64,000 bases of DNA from Akkermansiaceae bacterium (GCA_051251915.1 JBPOGF010000001.1:160001-224000), one strand, 5' to 3'; counted from the first letter of the stretch, positions 8,834 through 18,870 are shown. The notes: generated by a model from the sequence alone, not told the origin. Translations and numbers: made by a program.

Positions 8834-10054
8834 ATGTTATCAGAAAAGACAGAGAAAGTAGCTGAGATTACTACCGATTATTTATGTGATGAGATCATGA
8901 TGCATCCTGAGAAGCGTGAGTTTCCAGCATTTGATGTGGCACGGCTTTTAAGTACAGTTTTTGAGCCTACGCAGGGTTGTAGGGTTTGTATTTTGACAGA
9001 TTTTGATGATCCTCAGAAGTGGATGAAGGATTTTGCTTTTCTTAAGGAAGATGGATATGATGTTCAGAAGAATGCGGTTAAGCACTTTTATCAGCCGTTT
9101 ATTGATGGTGTGATGGATCAACTTGGAATGTCAGGGGGTGAGATGTTTGCGTATTATACAACGAATGGATCTAATCTGGATATGAAGGATGATGTTTTTG
9201 ATGTGGAGGGGAATCACTTGTCTCTCGATAAGGACATCTACACGAAATACGACATCATACTCTGCATTACTGACTGGAGTGCTACGGCTCCGCTGACTGC
9301 GAAGTGTAAGGAATTTGGCTTCCGTGGTGCGACGATGCACGGGATGAATGATGTTATTTTAAATTCGGGTCTAGCGGTTGATTATAATTTAGTGGCTGCG
9401 GATGCTGAGAAAATGAGGTTGGCGATGACGAAGGCGGATTCTATAGAGGTGGATTTCACGTTAGAGGATGGCAGGGTGCTGACGGCTTGGTTAGGCCTGG
9501 ATGGTCAAGAAGCTCAGAAGTCTCAGGGGCTTTGTAAGGGGATGGATCCGGATGTGGCGAATTTACCAGCTGGAGAAGTCTACTTTGTGCCGACTGATGC
9601 TAGGGGTGAATTTCCAATGAAATATGAGGACGGAACACTCGGATTGCTAACCGTTACAGATCGGAGCATAGTAAAGTCCACTTTAATAGAAGGAAACCAA
9701 AAAACAATAGATGCTCATAATACACGGCTGGAAAACGATGCTATGACAGGAACTATTGGAGAATTAGGCTTCGGAACTCAGATTCTGCCAGTTTCATTTT
9801 CTGACATTCAGGACGAAAAGGTAATTGGAACTTGCCATTTAGCCACTGGCAGAGATGATCACTTAGGTGGAGACATTATCCCTGAGATGTTCAAGGTTCA
9901 CGAGAACAGCACTCACGACGATATACTGTTTGCCCCTCATAAGACTCCGAACTTCAACGTAAGTGAAGTAAGGATGAATAAGGGAGGAAAAACAGAAGTC
10001 ATCATCGAAAATTTCAGACCAAGCGAATTTGTTAAGAATGCGCTTCGGTTATAA
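8834..10054 (+). CDS. M29-family (thermophilic-type) aminopeptidase-like protein
   Basis: ANLPAGEVY, IGELGFGT, DEKVIGTCHLATG, THDD metal-ligand motifs. Confidence 0.8.
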   Translation: MLSEKTEKVAEITTDYLCDEIMMHPEKREFPAFDVARLLSTVFEPTQGCRVCILTDFDDPQKWMKDFAFLKEDGYDVQKNAVKHFYQPFIDGVMDQLGMSGGEMFAYYTTNGSNLDMKDDVFDVEGNHLSLDKDIYTKYDIILCITDWSATAPLTAKCKEFGFRGATMHGMNDVILNSGLAVDYNLVAADAEKMRLAMTKADSIEVDFTLEDGRVLTAWLGLDGQEAQKSQGLCKGMDPDVANLPAGEVYFVPTDARGEFPMKYEDGTLGLLTVTDRSIVKSTLIEGNQKTIDAHNTRLENDAMTGTIGELGFGTQILPVSFSDIQDEKVIGTCHLATGRDDHLGGDIIPEMFKVHENSTHDDILFAPHKTPNFNVSEVRMNKGGKTEVIIENFRPSEFVKNALRL

Positions 10055-10079
10055 AGATTGTTCATTGGGGGATGAACTA

Positions 10080-10132
10080 GCTCCGGTGCTCACTAAGGTT
10101 TTTATCCTTGTAGTGCCGGAGCGATTTTTTTT
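10080..10132 (+). terminator. Intrinsic terminator
   Basis: GCTCCGG...CCGGAGC stem with inner AAGG/CCTT, followed by T8. Confidence 0.75.
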
Positions 10133-10141
10133 ATATAGGGC

Positions 10142-11071
10142 ATGTTTAACACACTGACTTATGGGAAGCACTTGATGCGATCTCTAAATACTAGCCGATT
10201 TACAGTTTTGGCTCTCTTGGTAACGATAAGTTGTCTTTCTTCTGAACGCGGTAATGCTGCGCCTCCGATTATCGATGATGCGGCTCTGATTAAGGGGCTG
10301 GATGATAAGATTGGTAAGTTGACGGTAAAGCACAAAGAGATGTCTAGCAAAGTGCTGACTGCGCAATATGAGCGCAAGAGCACGGTTCTGACACTCCCGG
10401 AGATAAACAAGAAAGATTTAGAGGATATCTATGCTTCATCTGTGGAGAGTGTGGGGATCATTACTTCTGTGTATAAATGTACGAAATGCCCACACTGGCA
10501 TAGATCTGGATGTGCTTCATGCTGGGTGCTGACTGAGGATGGGGTGATGGTGACGAACTTTCATGTGTTCCGTGATAAGGATGTGGCGGGGTTTGGGGTG
10601 CTGATGAGTGATGGTACTGTGTCACCTGTGGTAGAGGTCTTAGCGACTGATAAAGAGCATGATATTTTGATTTTCCGAGTGGCTACTAGGAAAGAGAAGT
10701 ATAGGCCATTGGCTCTTGGAGATGCTCAGAAAGTGGGTGGGAATGCTCACATTATTGCACATCCAGATAGTAGATTTTTCACTTATACAGCTGGGCAGGT
10801 GAGCCGCTATTATATGAGTCGTAGTAAAAAGAAGTCTTACTGGATGGGAGTGACTGCGGAGTATGCGCGTGGGTCAAGTGGTGGTCCAGTGATGGATGAT
10901 GCTGGAAATGTGATAGGGATGGTGGCGAGTACGAATTCGATTTATTATCCGTCTAAAGATCCGAAAAAGAACCCTAGAGGGAATTTCCAGATGTTGATAA
11001 GGAATTGTGTTCCCGTGGATGCGATTAGGAAGATGATTACGAAGCCGGGGTCGGTAACAACAACAGATTAG
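10142..11071 (+). CDS. Exported trypsin-like serine protease (S1)
   Basis: Signal peptide; TNFHV (His), HDI (Asp), GSSGGPV (Ser). Confidence 0.9.
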   Translation: MFNTLTYGKHLMRSLNTSRFTVLALLVTISCLSSERGNAAPPIIDDAALIKGLDDKIGKLTVKHKEMSSKVLTAQYERKSTVLTLPEINKKDLEDIYASSVESVGIITSVYKCTKCPHWHRSGCASCWVLTEDGVMVTNFHVFRDKDVAGFGVLMSDGTVSPVVEVLATDKEHDILIFRVATRKEKYRPLALGDAQKVGGNAHIIAHPDSRFFTYTAGQVSRYYMSRSKKKSYWMGVTAEYARGSSGGPVMDDAGNVIGMVASTNSIYYPSKDPKKNPRGNFQMLIRNCVPVDAIRKMITKPGSVTTTD

Positions 11072-11074
11072 ATT

Positions 11075-11791
11075 ATGGATTACGAATCAGAAAAAGTTCT
11101 CAGCGACTATCTGTTGATGCATTTTGGCGAGCACGATCAACGGATGCCTTGGAGTTTTGGTAAGCTGGCTGCGTTGGATTTTCCGGCGCAGACGGTGAGC
11201 TATTTTACGCAGAAGCGTGTGGGGCTGAGCCTTGATCTTGGTTGTGCGGTGGGAGCCTCTTCTTTTCATCTGACTAAGACCTCTGGGAAAGTGATCGGGT
11301 TGGATTTCTCGCATTTGTTTATTGATACGGCAAATCAGCTCAAGGAGCATGGTGAGTTGGCGTATAGTTTTCAGGAGGAGGGGGAATATTTTGTTCCTGC
11401 GGTGGCGAAGATTCCTGAGGGAGCGGTGGCTGAGAATATTAGTTTTGCGCAGGGTGATGCGATGGACCTTCCTGAGGGGTTTAAGGGCTTTGACCGGGTT
11501 CATGCTGCGAACTTGATTTGTAGGTTGCCTGATCCGAAGAAGTTGTTGGATAGGTTGCCTAGTTTGGTGAAGCAGGGTGGGGAATTGGTATTGGCTACTC
11601 CGTTTTCGTGGTCTGAGGATTTCACGCCGAAGGAGAACTGGCCTCAGGGTGATAGCTGGGAGTGGCTGCAGGCATCGCTTGAAGAGCACTTTGAGTGCAT
11701 TAAGCATGCTGATGAGGTCTTTACTATACGGGATCATGTCCGTAAGTTTCAGTTAGGTGTTTCGAAAGTGAGTCACTGGAGAAGGCTGTAA
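11075..11791 (+). CDS. SAM methyltransferase, OvoA C-terminal (4-mercaptohistidine N1-methyltransferase)-like
   Basis: YESEKVLSDYLLMHFG, LDLGCAVG, GLDFS, QGDA, ANLICRL, TPFSW, RKFQ. Confidence 0.8.
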   Translation: MDYESEKVLSDYLLMHFGEHDQRMPWSFGKLAALDFPAQTVSYFTQKRVGLSLDLGCAVGASSFHLTKTSGKVIGLDFSHLFIDTANQLKEHGELAYSFQEEGEYFVPAVAKIPEGAVAENISFAQGDAMDLPEGFKGFDRVHAANLICRLPDPKKLLDRLPSLVKQGGELVLATPFSWSEDFTPKENWPQGDSWEWLQASLEEHFECIKHADEVFTIRDHVRKFQLGVSKVSHWRRL

Positions 11792-11804
11792 ATGATATTG
11801 ATGA

Positions 11805-12674
11805 ATGAGTGATGAGCTGAAATTACCTAAAGACCCGGAAGAGCAGGAGCCTAATGATATAAAAGGGCTGAGGCATAAGATCTGGGCGGTTATTTTTGAG
11901 GCGGAGACGCCTTCGGGGAAGGTATTTGATGTGGTGTTACTCTGGGCGATTTTCTTCAGTGTACTTGCTGTCATGTTAGAGACAGTGGTTCCATTTCAGC
12001 AGAAGTATGGTGGGATGTTGACCATTGCGGAATGGTTTTTCACCATTTTCTTTACGATTGAATATTTAACGCGTCTTTGGGTGACGAGGAAGCCGATTAA
12101 GTATGCGACTAGTTTTTTTGGTATTATCGATTTGCTCTCGTGTTTGCCTACTTATTTGACCTTGATATTTACTGGTACGCATGGTTTCGCTGTGATCAGG
12201 ATTTTGCGTCTGTTGAGGATATTCCGAGTGCTTAAGATGGTGCACCATGTGCGAGGCGCGCAAGTGATCGCCTCGGGGTTGAGGAAATCTAAGGCGAAGA
12301 TCACGGTGTTCTTCTTTTCGGTTTTGATCTTTTCGGTGATAGCAGGGACCTTGATGTATCTGGTGGAGGGGAATGAATTACACACTCAGTTTACCAGTAT
12401 TCCGGCGAGTATTTATTATGCGATTGTTTCGATCACGACTGTGGGATATGGGGATATTACTGTATCTACTGATTTGGGTAGATTTCTGACGACGTTGATG
12501 ATTCTGGCAGGTTATGCGATTATTGCGGTTCCTACAGGGATTGTGAGTAGTGCGATGATACAGGCGGAGAATCCTTCTGATCTTAGCTCTGATGCTTGCC
12601 CTAGTTGTGGGGTACATGGCCATTTGGCGGACGCTAAATTTTGTCGCAAATGTGGTGAGAAAATGGACAAATGA
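11805..12674 (+). CDS. Voltage-gated potassium channel (ion transporter)
   Basis: S4 RILRLLRIFRVLK, filter TTVGYGD, C-terminal CPSC...CRKC zinc ribbon. Confidence 0.93.
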   Translation: MSDELKLPKDPEEQEPNDIKGLRHKIWAVIFEAETPSGKVFDVVLLWAIFFSVLAVMLETVVPFQQKYGGMLTIAEWFFTIFFTIEYLTRLWVTRKPIKYATSFFGIIDLLSCLPTYLTLIFTGTHGFAVIRILRLLRIFRVLKMVHHVRGAQVIASGLRKSKAKITVFFFSVLIFSVIAGTLMYLVEGNELHTQFTSIPASIYYAIVSITTVGYGDITVSTDLGRFLTTLMILAGYAIIAVPTGIVSSAMIQAENPSDLSSDACPSCGVHGHLADAKFCRKCGEKMDK

Positions 12675-12750
12675 TTAGCTAGTTGGTGGATTTTTAGATT
12701 TGTCACTGTGCTGGCTGGACACTGGCACATTCTATGAGTTAAATGCAGAC

Positions 12751-13599
12751 ATGCATCTAGTAGAACCTATCAACGGACACATTTCGAAATGGGGCGAAGG
12801 CCCGATCTGGCATAATGACGCGCTTGTCTACGTGGACATTGAGGGCCACAACGTCATTCGTCTTGACCCTGCGACGGGTGAGGAGAGAGTCTGGCCGGTG
12901 GGTGAGCGAGTTGGAACTGTGGTAGCTAGGGAGTCTGGAGGGATGGTGATAGCGGGGGATAATGGATTTTCATTCCTTGCTGAAAATGGTGATTTAACTG
13001 CCATTTCTGATCCGGAGCCGGATAAGGTGAATAATCGGTTTAACGATGGTAAGTGTTCACCTGATGGTCATTTCTTTGCGGGGACGATAAGTTTGGTGAA
13101 GGAGAAGGGTGATGCTAGTCTTTATAGGCTTAGTAAAGCGGGTGAGGTTACGGAGGTATATCCGGGAGTGACTAACTCGAACGGGATGGCTTGGTCGGCT
13201 GATGGGAAGACGATGTTCTATATTGATACGCCTACTTTATCGGTGAGTGCTTTTGATTATGAGGGTGGTGAAATTTCTAATCCGAGAAAAGTGGTGGATA
13301 CTTCTGCGATTAGTGCGTCACCTGATGGGATGGCGATTGATGAAGACGATAATCTATGGGTAGCGTTTTGTCATGGTGCATGTGTGGTTTGTTATGATGG
13401 TAAGACTGGTGAGGAGCTGCGGAAGGTGGATATTCCTTGTTTGGAGACTACTGCATGTGCGTTTGGGGGAGAGAATTTAGACACGCTTTACGTCACGACT
13501 GGGATTCATAAGTCAGAGGTGGAGGAGCATGCAGGTAAGGTTTTCAAGGTCACTGGGCTTGGGGTCAAGGGACAAAAAACTTACCTCTACCAAGGATAA
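12751..13599 (+). CDS. SMP-30/gluconolactonase/regucalcin family protein
   Basis: GEGPIW, RFNDGK, SNGMAWS, PDGMAID, CAFGG. Confidence 0.93.
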   Translation: MHLVEPINGHISKWGEGPIWHNDALVYVDIEGHNVIRLDPATGEERVWPVGERVGTVVARESGGMVIAGDNGFSFLAENGDLTAISDPEPDKVNNRFNDGKCSPDGHFFAGTISLVKEKGDASLYRLSKAGEVTEVYPGVTNSNGMAWSADGKTMFYIDTPTLSVSAFDYEGGEISNPRKVVDTSAISASPDGMAIDEDDNLWVAFCHGACVVCYDGKTGEELRKVDIPCLETTACAFGGENLDTLYVTTGIHKSEVEEHAGKVFKVTGLGVKGQKTYLYQG

Positions 13600-13605
13600 T
13601 TTACG

Positions 13606-14397
13606 ATGAAAAACACACCTTTAATTATAGCGGGCAGGGAATTTAATTCGCGCCTGATGGCTGGCACTGGTAAGTTCGCTTCTAATGAACTCATGCGCGA
13701 TACTCTGGCTGCGAGCGGTACTGAGATAGTAACTGTGGCTTTGCGTAGGGCTGATCTGAGTGGGGGCGGGGAGAAAGATCCGTTTGCGAACATTTTGGAG
13801 TTTATTGATCCTGAGAAATATCTTCTTTTACCGAATACTAGTGGGGCGATGAATGCTGAGGAGGCGGTTCGGTTAGCGAGACTGGCTGAGGCGGCGGGGC
13901 TTCCGAAATGGATTAAGTTAGAGATTCACCCGGATCCGACTTATCTGTTGCCTGATCCTATTGAGACCTTGGCTGCGGCAGAGATTCTGGTGAAAGAGGG
14001 ATTTACTGTGCTTCCTTATATTAATGCTGACCCAGTTCTTGCGAAGCGACTCCAGGAAGTAGGAACGGCGGCTGTGATGCCGCTTGGCGCTCCGATTGGT
14101 TCTAATAAAGGGGTGGTGACTAGAGATTTAGTTCAGATCATTATTGATCAGGCCATCGTCCCGGTGGTGGTTGATGCGGGACTTGGTGCGCCTAGTCATG
14201 CTGCTGAGGCGATGGAGCTGGGAGCTGATGCGGTGTTGGTAAATACAGCGATGGCTATCCCTAGTGATCCAGTTCGTATGGGTGAGGCGTTTAAGTTGGC
14301 TGTGGAAGCTGGTAGAGCTGCTTACGAGATAGGATTACCTCAGCAGCGCGAAACAGCCTCGGCTACGAGTCCACTGACAGGATTTCTGAATAGCTAA
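13606..14397 (+). CDS. thiG: Thiazole synthase
   Basis: [52 protein letters not shown]. Confidence 0.97.
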   Translation: MKNTPLIIAGREFNSRLMAGTGKFASNELMRDTLAASGTEIVTVALRRADLSGGGEKDPFANILEFIDPEKYLLLPNTSGAMNAEEAVRLARLAEAAGLPKWIKLEIHPDPTYLLPDPIETLAAAEILVKEGFTVLPYINADPVLAKRLQEVGTAAVMPLGAPIGSNKGVVTRDLVQIIIDQAIVPVVVDAGLGAPSHAAEAMELGADAVLVNTAMAIPSDPVRMGEAFKLAVEAGRAAYEIGLPQQRETASATSPLTGFLNS

Positions 14398-14554
14398 GTT
14401 GAGATTGTGTAGGTGGTTGCTTTTATCTATCCTAAAAGCACCATCAGATATTCAATACCCACCGATCAGGGGGATATCGGGCTTTCTTCTTGATAGTTGG
14501 TTCAGCTGAGCGTTATTTGATGCATCTTAGAAACGTAAATTTGTGCTACCTACC

Positions 14555-15256
14555 ATGAAATCAATCACCCAATATTCAATTCTGGCCATCGCTCTTTCAG
14601 CATTTAGCTGTCAGGCAGAAGCAAACCCGACCATCATTCCTGCTCAAGCTACAGAATCTGAGAAGAGCACAGCCGTTTCTCTTTTTGATGGCAAAACACT
14701 GGCAGGTTGGAAGGCGGTGAATCCGAAGAATGCGAAATTTTGGTCAGTAAAGGATGGCATCATTGAGGCTTCTAATGGGGACAAGAAGATGCCGATTAAT
14801 ACTTACCTTGCGACGACGTCGGAGTATGAAAATTTCGAGTTTACCTGTGAGTTTCGGTTGAGTGGGGATCATGCTACTGGTCTTATTAACAGTGGTATCC
14901 AATACCGGTCTGTGCTTAAAAAGCATAAGAAGAAAGGGGTGACCATTGTGGGGTATCAGGCCGATATCGGTAAAGACTGGTGGGGTGGAATCTATGATGA
15001 GCACCGTAGAGGTAAGCTTGTGATGGGGGATTCTAAGGAGTTGTTGGCAAGTGAAGGTTTCAAGGATGATAGCTGGCATACCTATAAAATTGTGTGCAAG
15101 GGGGACCATCATCAGCTATACATAGATGGTATTCTGACAGCTGGCTATACTGAAGAGGAGGCTAAGATCCCCACGAAGGGAGTGATAGCATTACAGCTTC
15201 ATAAGGGAGGTATTGCAAAGATGCAGTACCGCAATATTCAGATTAAACCACTTTAA
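14555..15256 (+). CDS. DUF1080 / 3-keto-disaccharide hydrolase domain exported protein
   Basis: LFDGKTLAGW, NSGIQYRS, GYQADIG, GVIALQLH, YRNI. Confidence 0.9.
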   Translation: MKSITQYSILAIALSAFSCQAEANPTIIPAQATESEKSTAVSLFDGKTLAGWKAVNPKNAKFWSVKDGIIEASNGDKKMPINTYLATTSEYENFEFTCEFRLSGDHATGLINSGIQYRSVLKKHKKKGVTIVGYQADIGKDWWGGIYDEHRRGKLVMGDSKELLASEGFKDDSWHTYKIVCKGDHHQLYIDGILTAGYTEEEAKIPTKGVIALQLHKGGIAKMQYRNIQIKPL

Positions 15257-15273
15257 TTTTAGACTTAAGCTAC

Positions 15274-18200
15274 ATGTCAATTTCCAAATACTACATCCCT
15301 GCCTTTCTTGCTATTCCTTTCGTATTTAGTCTGCCTTCAGAAGCAGCTAAACCGAAGCGACCGAAAAAGAAAACTCAGTCAACGCGAGCCGCATCGCTTT
15401 CACCTGAAGAGCAACTTAAGACGTTTAAGTTACCTGAGGGGTTCGTTATTGAGTTAGTGGCGTCAGAGAAAAATGGTTTGATCAATCCGATTGATTTAGC
15501 GTTTGATGATGCTGGGAGATTGTGGACTCAGACTGCTGAGATGTATCCGCTTGATCCTAATGCGAAGGTGGTGGGGAGAAAGTCTCTGGAAGCCTTGGAT
15601 AAGGGGACGATAGGTAAGAAAACTGAATTTCAAAGGATTAAAGAACTGTATCAGCTCAAGCAGAGAGGTACTGACAAGATATTGATTATTGAGGACCCGA
15701 CGAAGCAGGTAAAAGGTGAGATTCCCGTCTTTGCGGAGGGGATAACCATCCCTCAGAGTTTACTCCCTTATAAAGATGGAGTCTTTGTGGCGCATGGTTC
15801 TGAGATGCTTTTCATAGGGGACAAAAATGGTGACGGTAAGGCGGATTACCATGAGAATGTGCTATCTGGATTTGGCTACACTGATACACATACGATGTCT
15901 CATACATTGGTGAGGGGGCCTGGTGGATGGGTTCACTTTTCTCATGGGGCGTTGAACAAAGGTAAGGTTGTGTCCTCTAAGTCTGGTAATAGCACTCAGA
16001 TCAATTTCAGTAAAATAGGGCGTTTTTCTCTCGATGGTAAAAATGTGGAGGTGGTGAACAATGGACTTAATAATATTTGGGGTTTTCAGCTGAAGGGAAA
16101 TGGTCAGTGGTATGGGACTGAGGCGAATGATTTGTTTTACAGTTTGGTGCCAATGCACCCGATGATGGGGTATCCAGGCATTGGAAATGATAAGCTTAAG
16201 CCGTATCAGCCTTTTGCACCAAAGGTTCATCAATTCAAAGTCAATGGAACGGGTATTTCTGGACTGGCTTATGATGAGAATGGGAAGAGTGGATTTCCGG
16301 ATGAGTGGAAGAATATTGGTTTTTTAGCAAACCCGATTACAAGCGCGATCAACTGTGTTGTGTCGGATAGGAATCCTGATGGTTCGGTGATCTCGAAGCA
16401 TTTTCCGGATTTTCTTACTTGTTCTGATGACTGGTTTCGTCCAGTGAATATTGAGTTTGGACCTGATGGCTGTCTGTACATCGTAGATTGGTATAATAAA
16501 ATCATCTCCCACAACGAGGTTTCTAGGGATCATCCAGATCGAGATGTAACTCATGGTCGTATTTGGAGGATTAGATATGAGGGGCAGAAAGCTTCTGTTG
16601 CTAATGTGCTGAAATCTTCTGATAAAGAGCTGATAAAGCATCTGCGTGCTGAAATCCAATGGGAGAAGCGTGCTGCATGGCATCAAATTGCGGATCGACA
16701 GGTGAAGTCGTTGGTTCCTGAGTTGACTGGAATTGTGAAGGATGCGGCTGAGACTGTTGATACTCGTGTGTTAGCGCTCTGGTCTCTGGAGAGTCTGGGG
16801 GCTTATGATCTGGAGCTGATGAAAGTACTTACTGCTGATGAAAATGCAGACATAAGACGTGAAGCCTTACGTTCATTGAATACCTTTCAACCCGGAATTT
16901 CTGATGTGGTAACTCTGACTAAGCCATTGATCAGTGATCCTCATTACATGGTGAAAGAACAGGTGCTTAGAACGCTGGCAAAAGCGAATGCGGCGAATTC
17001 TGATAGTATTAAAATGCTGGTTTCAGCAGCTAAGCCAGAGAAGAAGGGGAAGAATGCTTTTGGGGGGATTTATGAGAATAACTTTCAGCGGTTCTTGGCT
17101 CTGATGGCGCTGGAGCAATATCCTAGTGATCTGATGGCCTTCATTGACTCACCCTTGGCTAAAGAAGTAGCTTCGGCTAACCTTAATGAGGCGAGTCGCA
17201 TACTTCCGAAGGAAGATAGGACGCTGAAGATTTTGGCTTCGTTGAAAAGTGGGAAATCGGAGTTGGATGGTGATACATTGGTGGCGCTGTCGGAAAGTAT
17301 GGATGAGCCTAAGGTGCTGAAGGCGCTTGGGGCGAAGCTTGCTACTAGGGAATTTGTCCAACTTGCGTTGGATAACCAAAGTCGCTTGCGCTCTTCTTCT
17401 CTTTTGAAAGCGCTTGAGCCAGGGTTAAAAGCGCTAATGGTTTCTTCGGCTGAGGATCAGTCATTTGCTTTAGATGCTGCAATTCGATTCCAATCTGGCG
17501 CGATCAATGATGAGTTGATCAAGGTGCTAGGAAGCACACAGATCAGTAAGCTAAACTCACAGCAGGTAGAGGCTCTGTTGATAGAAGGTAAGAAGAATAG
17601 CGATATTTTACATAAGATAGCAACCAATGCTGAGGTGGAAAAAAGTGTGAGGCTAAAGGCTCTTTTGGCTTTGGCGCTCGTCGATCCAAGAGGGGCGATG
17701 ACTGTGGCTGAGCAGGCGTATAAGGCCGGGGATGACTATACTAAGTCTGTGCTTGTGACTGGCTTTAGATACTCTGAACAAGGCGGACTACTGTTGCTTC
17801 ATTTGATCAATAAGAAACTACTTTCACCTGAGAAGCTAGAGCTCGAGACTGCGCAGCGCATTCTGGAATCTCACAAAACTAATGCAGTAGCTAAGTCTCT
17901 AGCTAAAGGAGTGAGAGCCAGGTTGCAAGCAGCTAGTGCAGTAGCTGATGGGAAGGTGAAACAATTCACGGAGGAGGTAGAGAAGCTAAAAGGAAATCCA
18001 GAGATGGGTAAAGCGATGTTTGGCTCTTGTCTTCAGTGTCATCAAGCGGGTGATAAAGGTTTAGATATAGCCCCTTCACTGGACGGTGGTAGGAAGCGTA
18101 ATATTGAGCATATGCTAGTTGCCATCGTGAAGCCAAATGACGCCATGGAAGGCGGATATAGGCTTTACCGGATCACCACGAAAAGCGGTGATATTCTGGA

Positions 18201-18393
18201 AGGGTACATGTATAACTCGAATGCGAATGGAACAACGTTAGCTTTCATGGGAGGAGGTAAGAAATTTATACCTAAGGAGCAAATCAAGAAGGAGCGCTTC
18301 ATTAATGGCCAATCATTTATGCCATCGATGTTTGGAGATCTAGAAGGTCAAACGATGGCGGACCTGATTTCATACATTAAAACGATACCTTAA
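15274..18393 (+). CDS. PVC-type heme-binding CxxCH protein (beta-propeller dehydrogenase domain, HEAT repeats, c-type heme)
   Basis: LPEGFVIELVASE, FDDAGRLW, FRPVNIEFGPDGCLYIVDWYN, RDVTHGRIWR, CLQCH, SFMP. Confidence 0.9.
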   Translation: MSISKYYIPAFLAIPFVFSLPSEAAKPKRPKKKTQSTRAASLSPEEQLKTFKLPEGFVIELVASEKNGLINPIDLAFDDAGRLWTQTAEMYPLDPNAKVVGRKSLEALDKGTIGKKTEFQRIKELYQLKQRGTDKILIIEDPTKQVKGEIPVFAEGITIPQSLLPYKDGVFVAHGSEMLFIGDKNGDGKADYHENVLSGFGYTDTHTMSHTLVRGPGGWVHFSHGALNKGKVVSSKSGNSTQINFSKIGRFSLDGKNVEVVNNGLNNIWGFQLKGNGQWYGTEANDLFYSLVPMHPMMGYPGIGNDKLKPYQPFAPKVHQFKVNGTGISGLAYDENGKSGFPDEWKNIGFLANPITSAINCVVSDRNPDGSVISKHFPDFLTCSDDWFRPVNIEFGPDGCLYIVDWYNKIISHNEVSRDHPDRDVTHGRIWRIRYEGQKASVANVLKSSDKELIKHLRAEIQWEKRAAWHQIADRQVKSLVPELTGIVKDAAETVDTRVLALWSLESLGAYDLELMKVLTADENADIRREALRSLNTFQPGISDVVTLTKPLISDPHYMVKEQVLRTLAKANAANSDSIKMLVSAAKPEKKGKNAFGGIYENNFQRFLALMALEQYPSDLMAFIDSPLAKEVASANLNEASRILPKEDRTLKILASLKSGKSELDGDTLVALSESMDEPKVLKALGAKLATREFVQLALDNQSRLRSSSLLKALEPGLKALMVSSAEDQSFALDAAIRFQSGAINDELIKVLGSTQISKLNSQQVEALLIEGKKNSDILHKIATNAEVEKSVRLKALLALALVDPRGAMTVAEQAYKAGDDYTKSVLVTGFRYSEQGGLLLLHLINKKLLSPEKLELETAQRILESHKTNAVAKSLAKGVRARLQAASAVADGKVKQFTEEVEKLKGNPEMGKAMFGSCLQCHQAGDKGLDIAPSLDGGRKRNIEHMLVAIVKPNDAMEGGYRLYRITTKSGDILEGYMYNSNANGTTLAFMGGGKKFIPKEQIKKERFINGQSFMPSMFGDLEGQTMADLISYIKTIP

Positions 18394-18529
18394 GGCAAAA
18401 TGGGAGATCTGGGCTCCCAGCTATCCCGTTTAGAGCCAATAATCTGGGGAGATTCATAAGTAGTTGATGATTTTTGCATTTTGCTCTTGATAAATTCCTC
18501 AAAGACCTTAGTTGTAACCACACTAAATT

Positions 18530-18778
18530 ATGGGACAACAATACAATAAAGTTTTAAAGAGAAAGCGTCGTAAGGATTACCTCCGTCGCAAGAAGGCACA
18601 GTCAGGCTCAAGTGTGGCTGTGAAGAAGAGCAAGCCAGCTGCTAAGAAGGCTGCTCCGGCAAAGAAAGCTGCGGCAAAGAAAACAGCTGCAAAGAAAGCG
18701 GCTAAAAAAGCTCCTGCTAAGAAGGCCGCTAAGAAGGCACCAGCAAAGAAAGCAGCTAAGAAAGAAGAAGAGAAATAA
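18530..18778 (+). CDS. Small basic histone-H1-like protein (K/A/P repeats)
   Basis: MGQQYNKVLKRKRRKDYLRRKK followed by repeated PAKKAA units. Confidence 0.85.
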   Translation: MGQQYNKVLKRKRRKDYLRRKKAQSGSSVAVKKSKPAAKKAAPAKKAAAKKTAAKKAAKKAPAKKAAKKAPAKKAAKKEEEK

Positions 18779-18805
18779 TCTCTGTCTTTTAGAAACATTT
18801 TACCG

Positions 18806-18843
18806 AGCCAGTCTTGTCGCATCTAGCGTGAGACTGGCTTTTC
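18806..18843 (+). terminator. Intrinsic terminator
   Basis: AGCCAGTCT...AGACTGGCT plus a T-run. Confidence 0.8.
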
Positions 18844-18870
18844 TATTTCTTAGACTTAGAAAACGGAAAT

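Noticed and set aside
13606..14550. TPP riboswitch near thiG
   Set aside because: thiG starts 6 nt after the upstream gene; the downstream hairpins lack the CTGAGA/TPP core and look like terminators
18600..18770. Repeat array or CRISPR-like periodicity
   Set aside because: These are coding AKKA repeats; there are no constant repeats with unique spacers and no cas genes in the window
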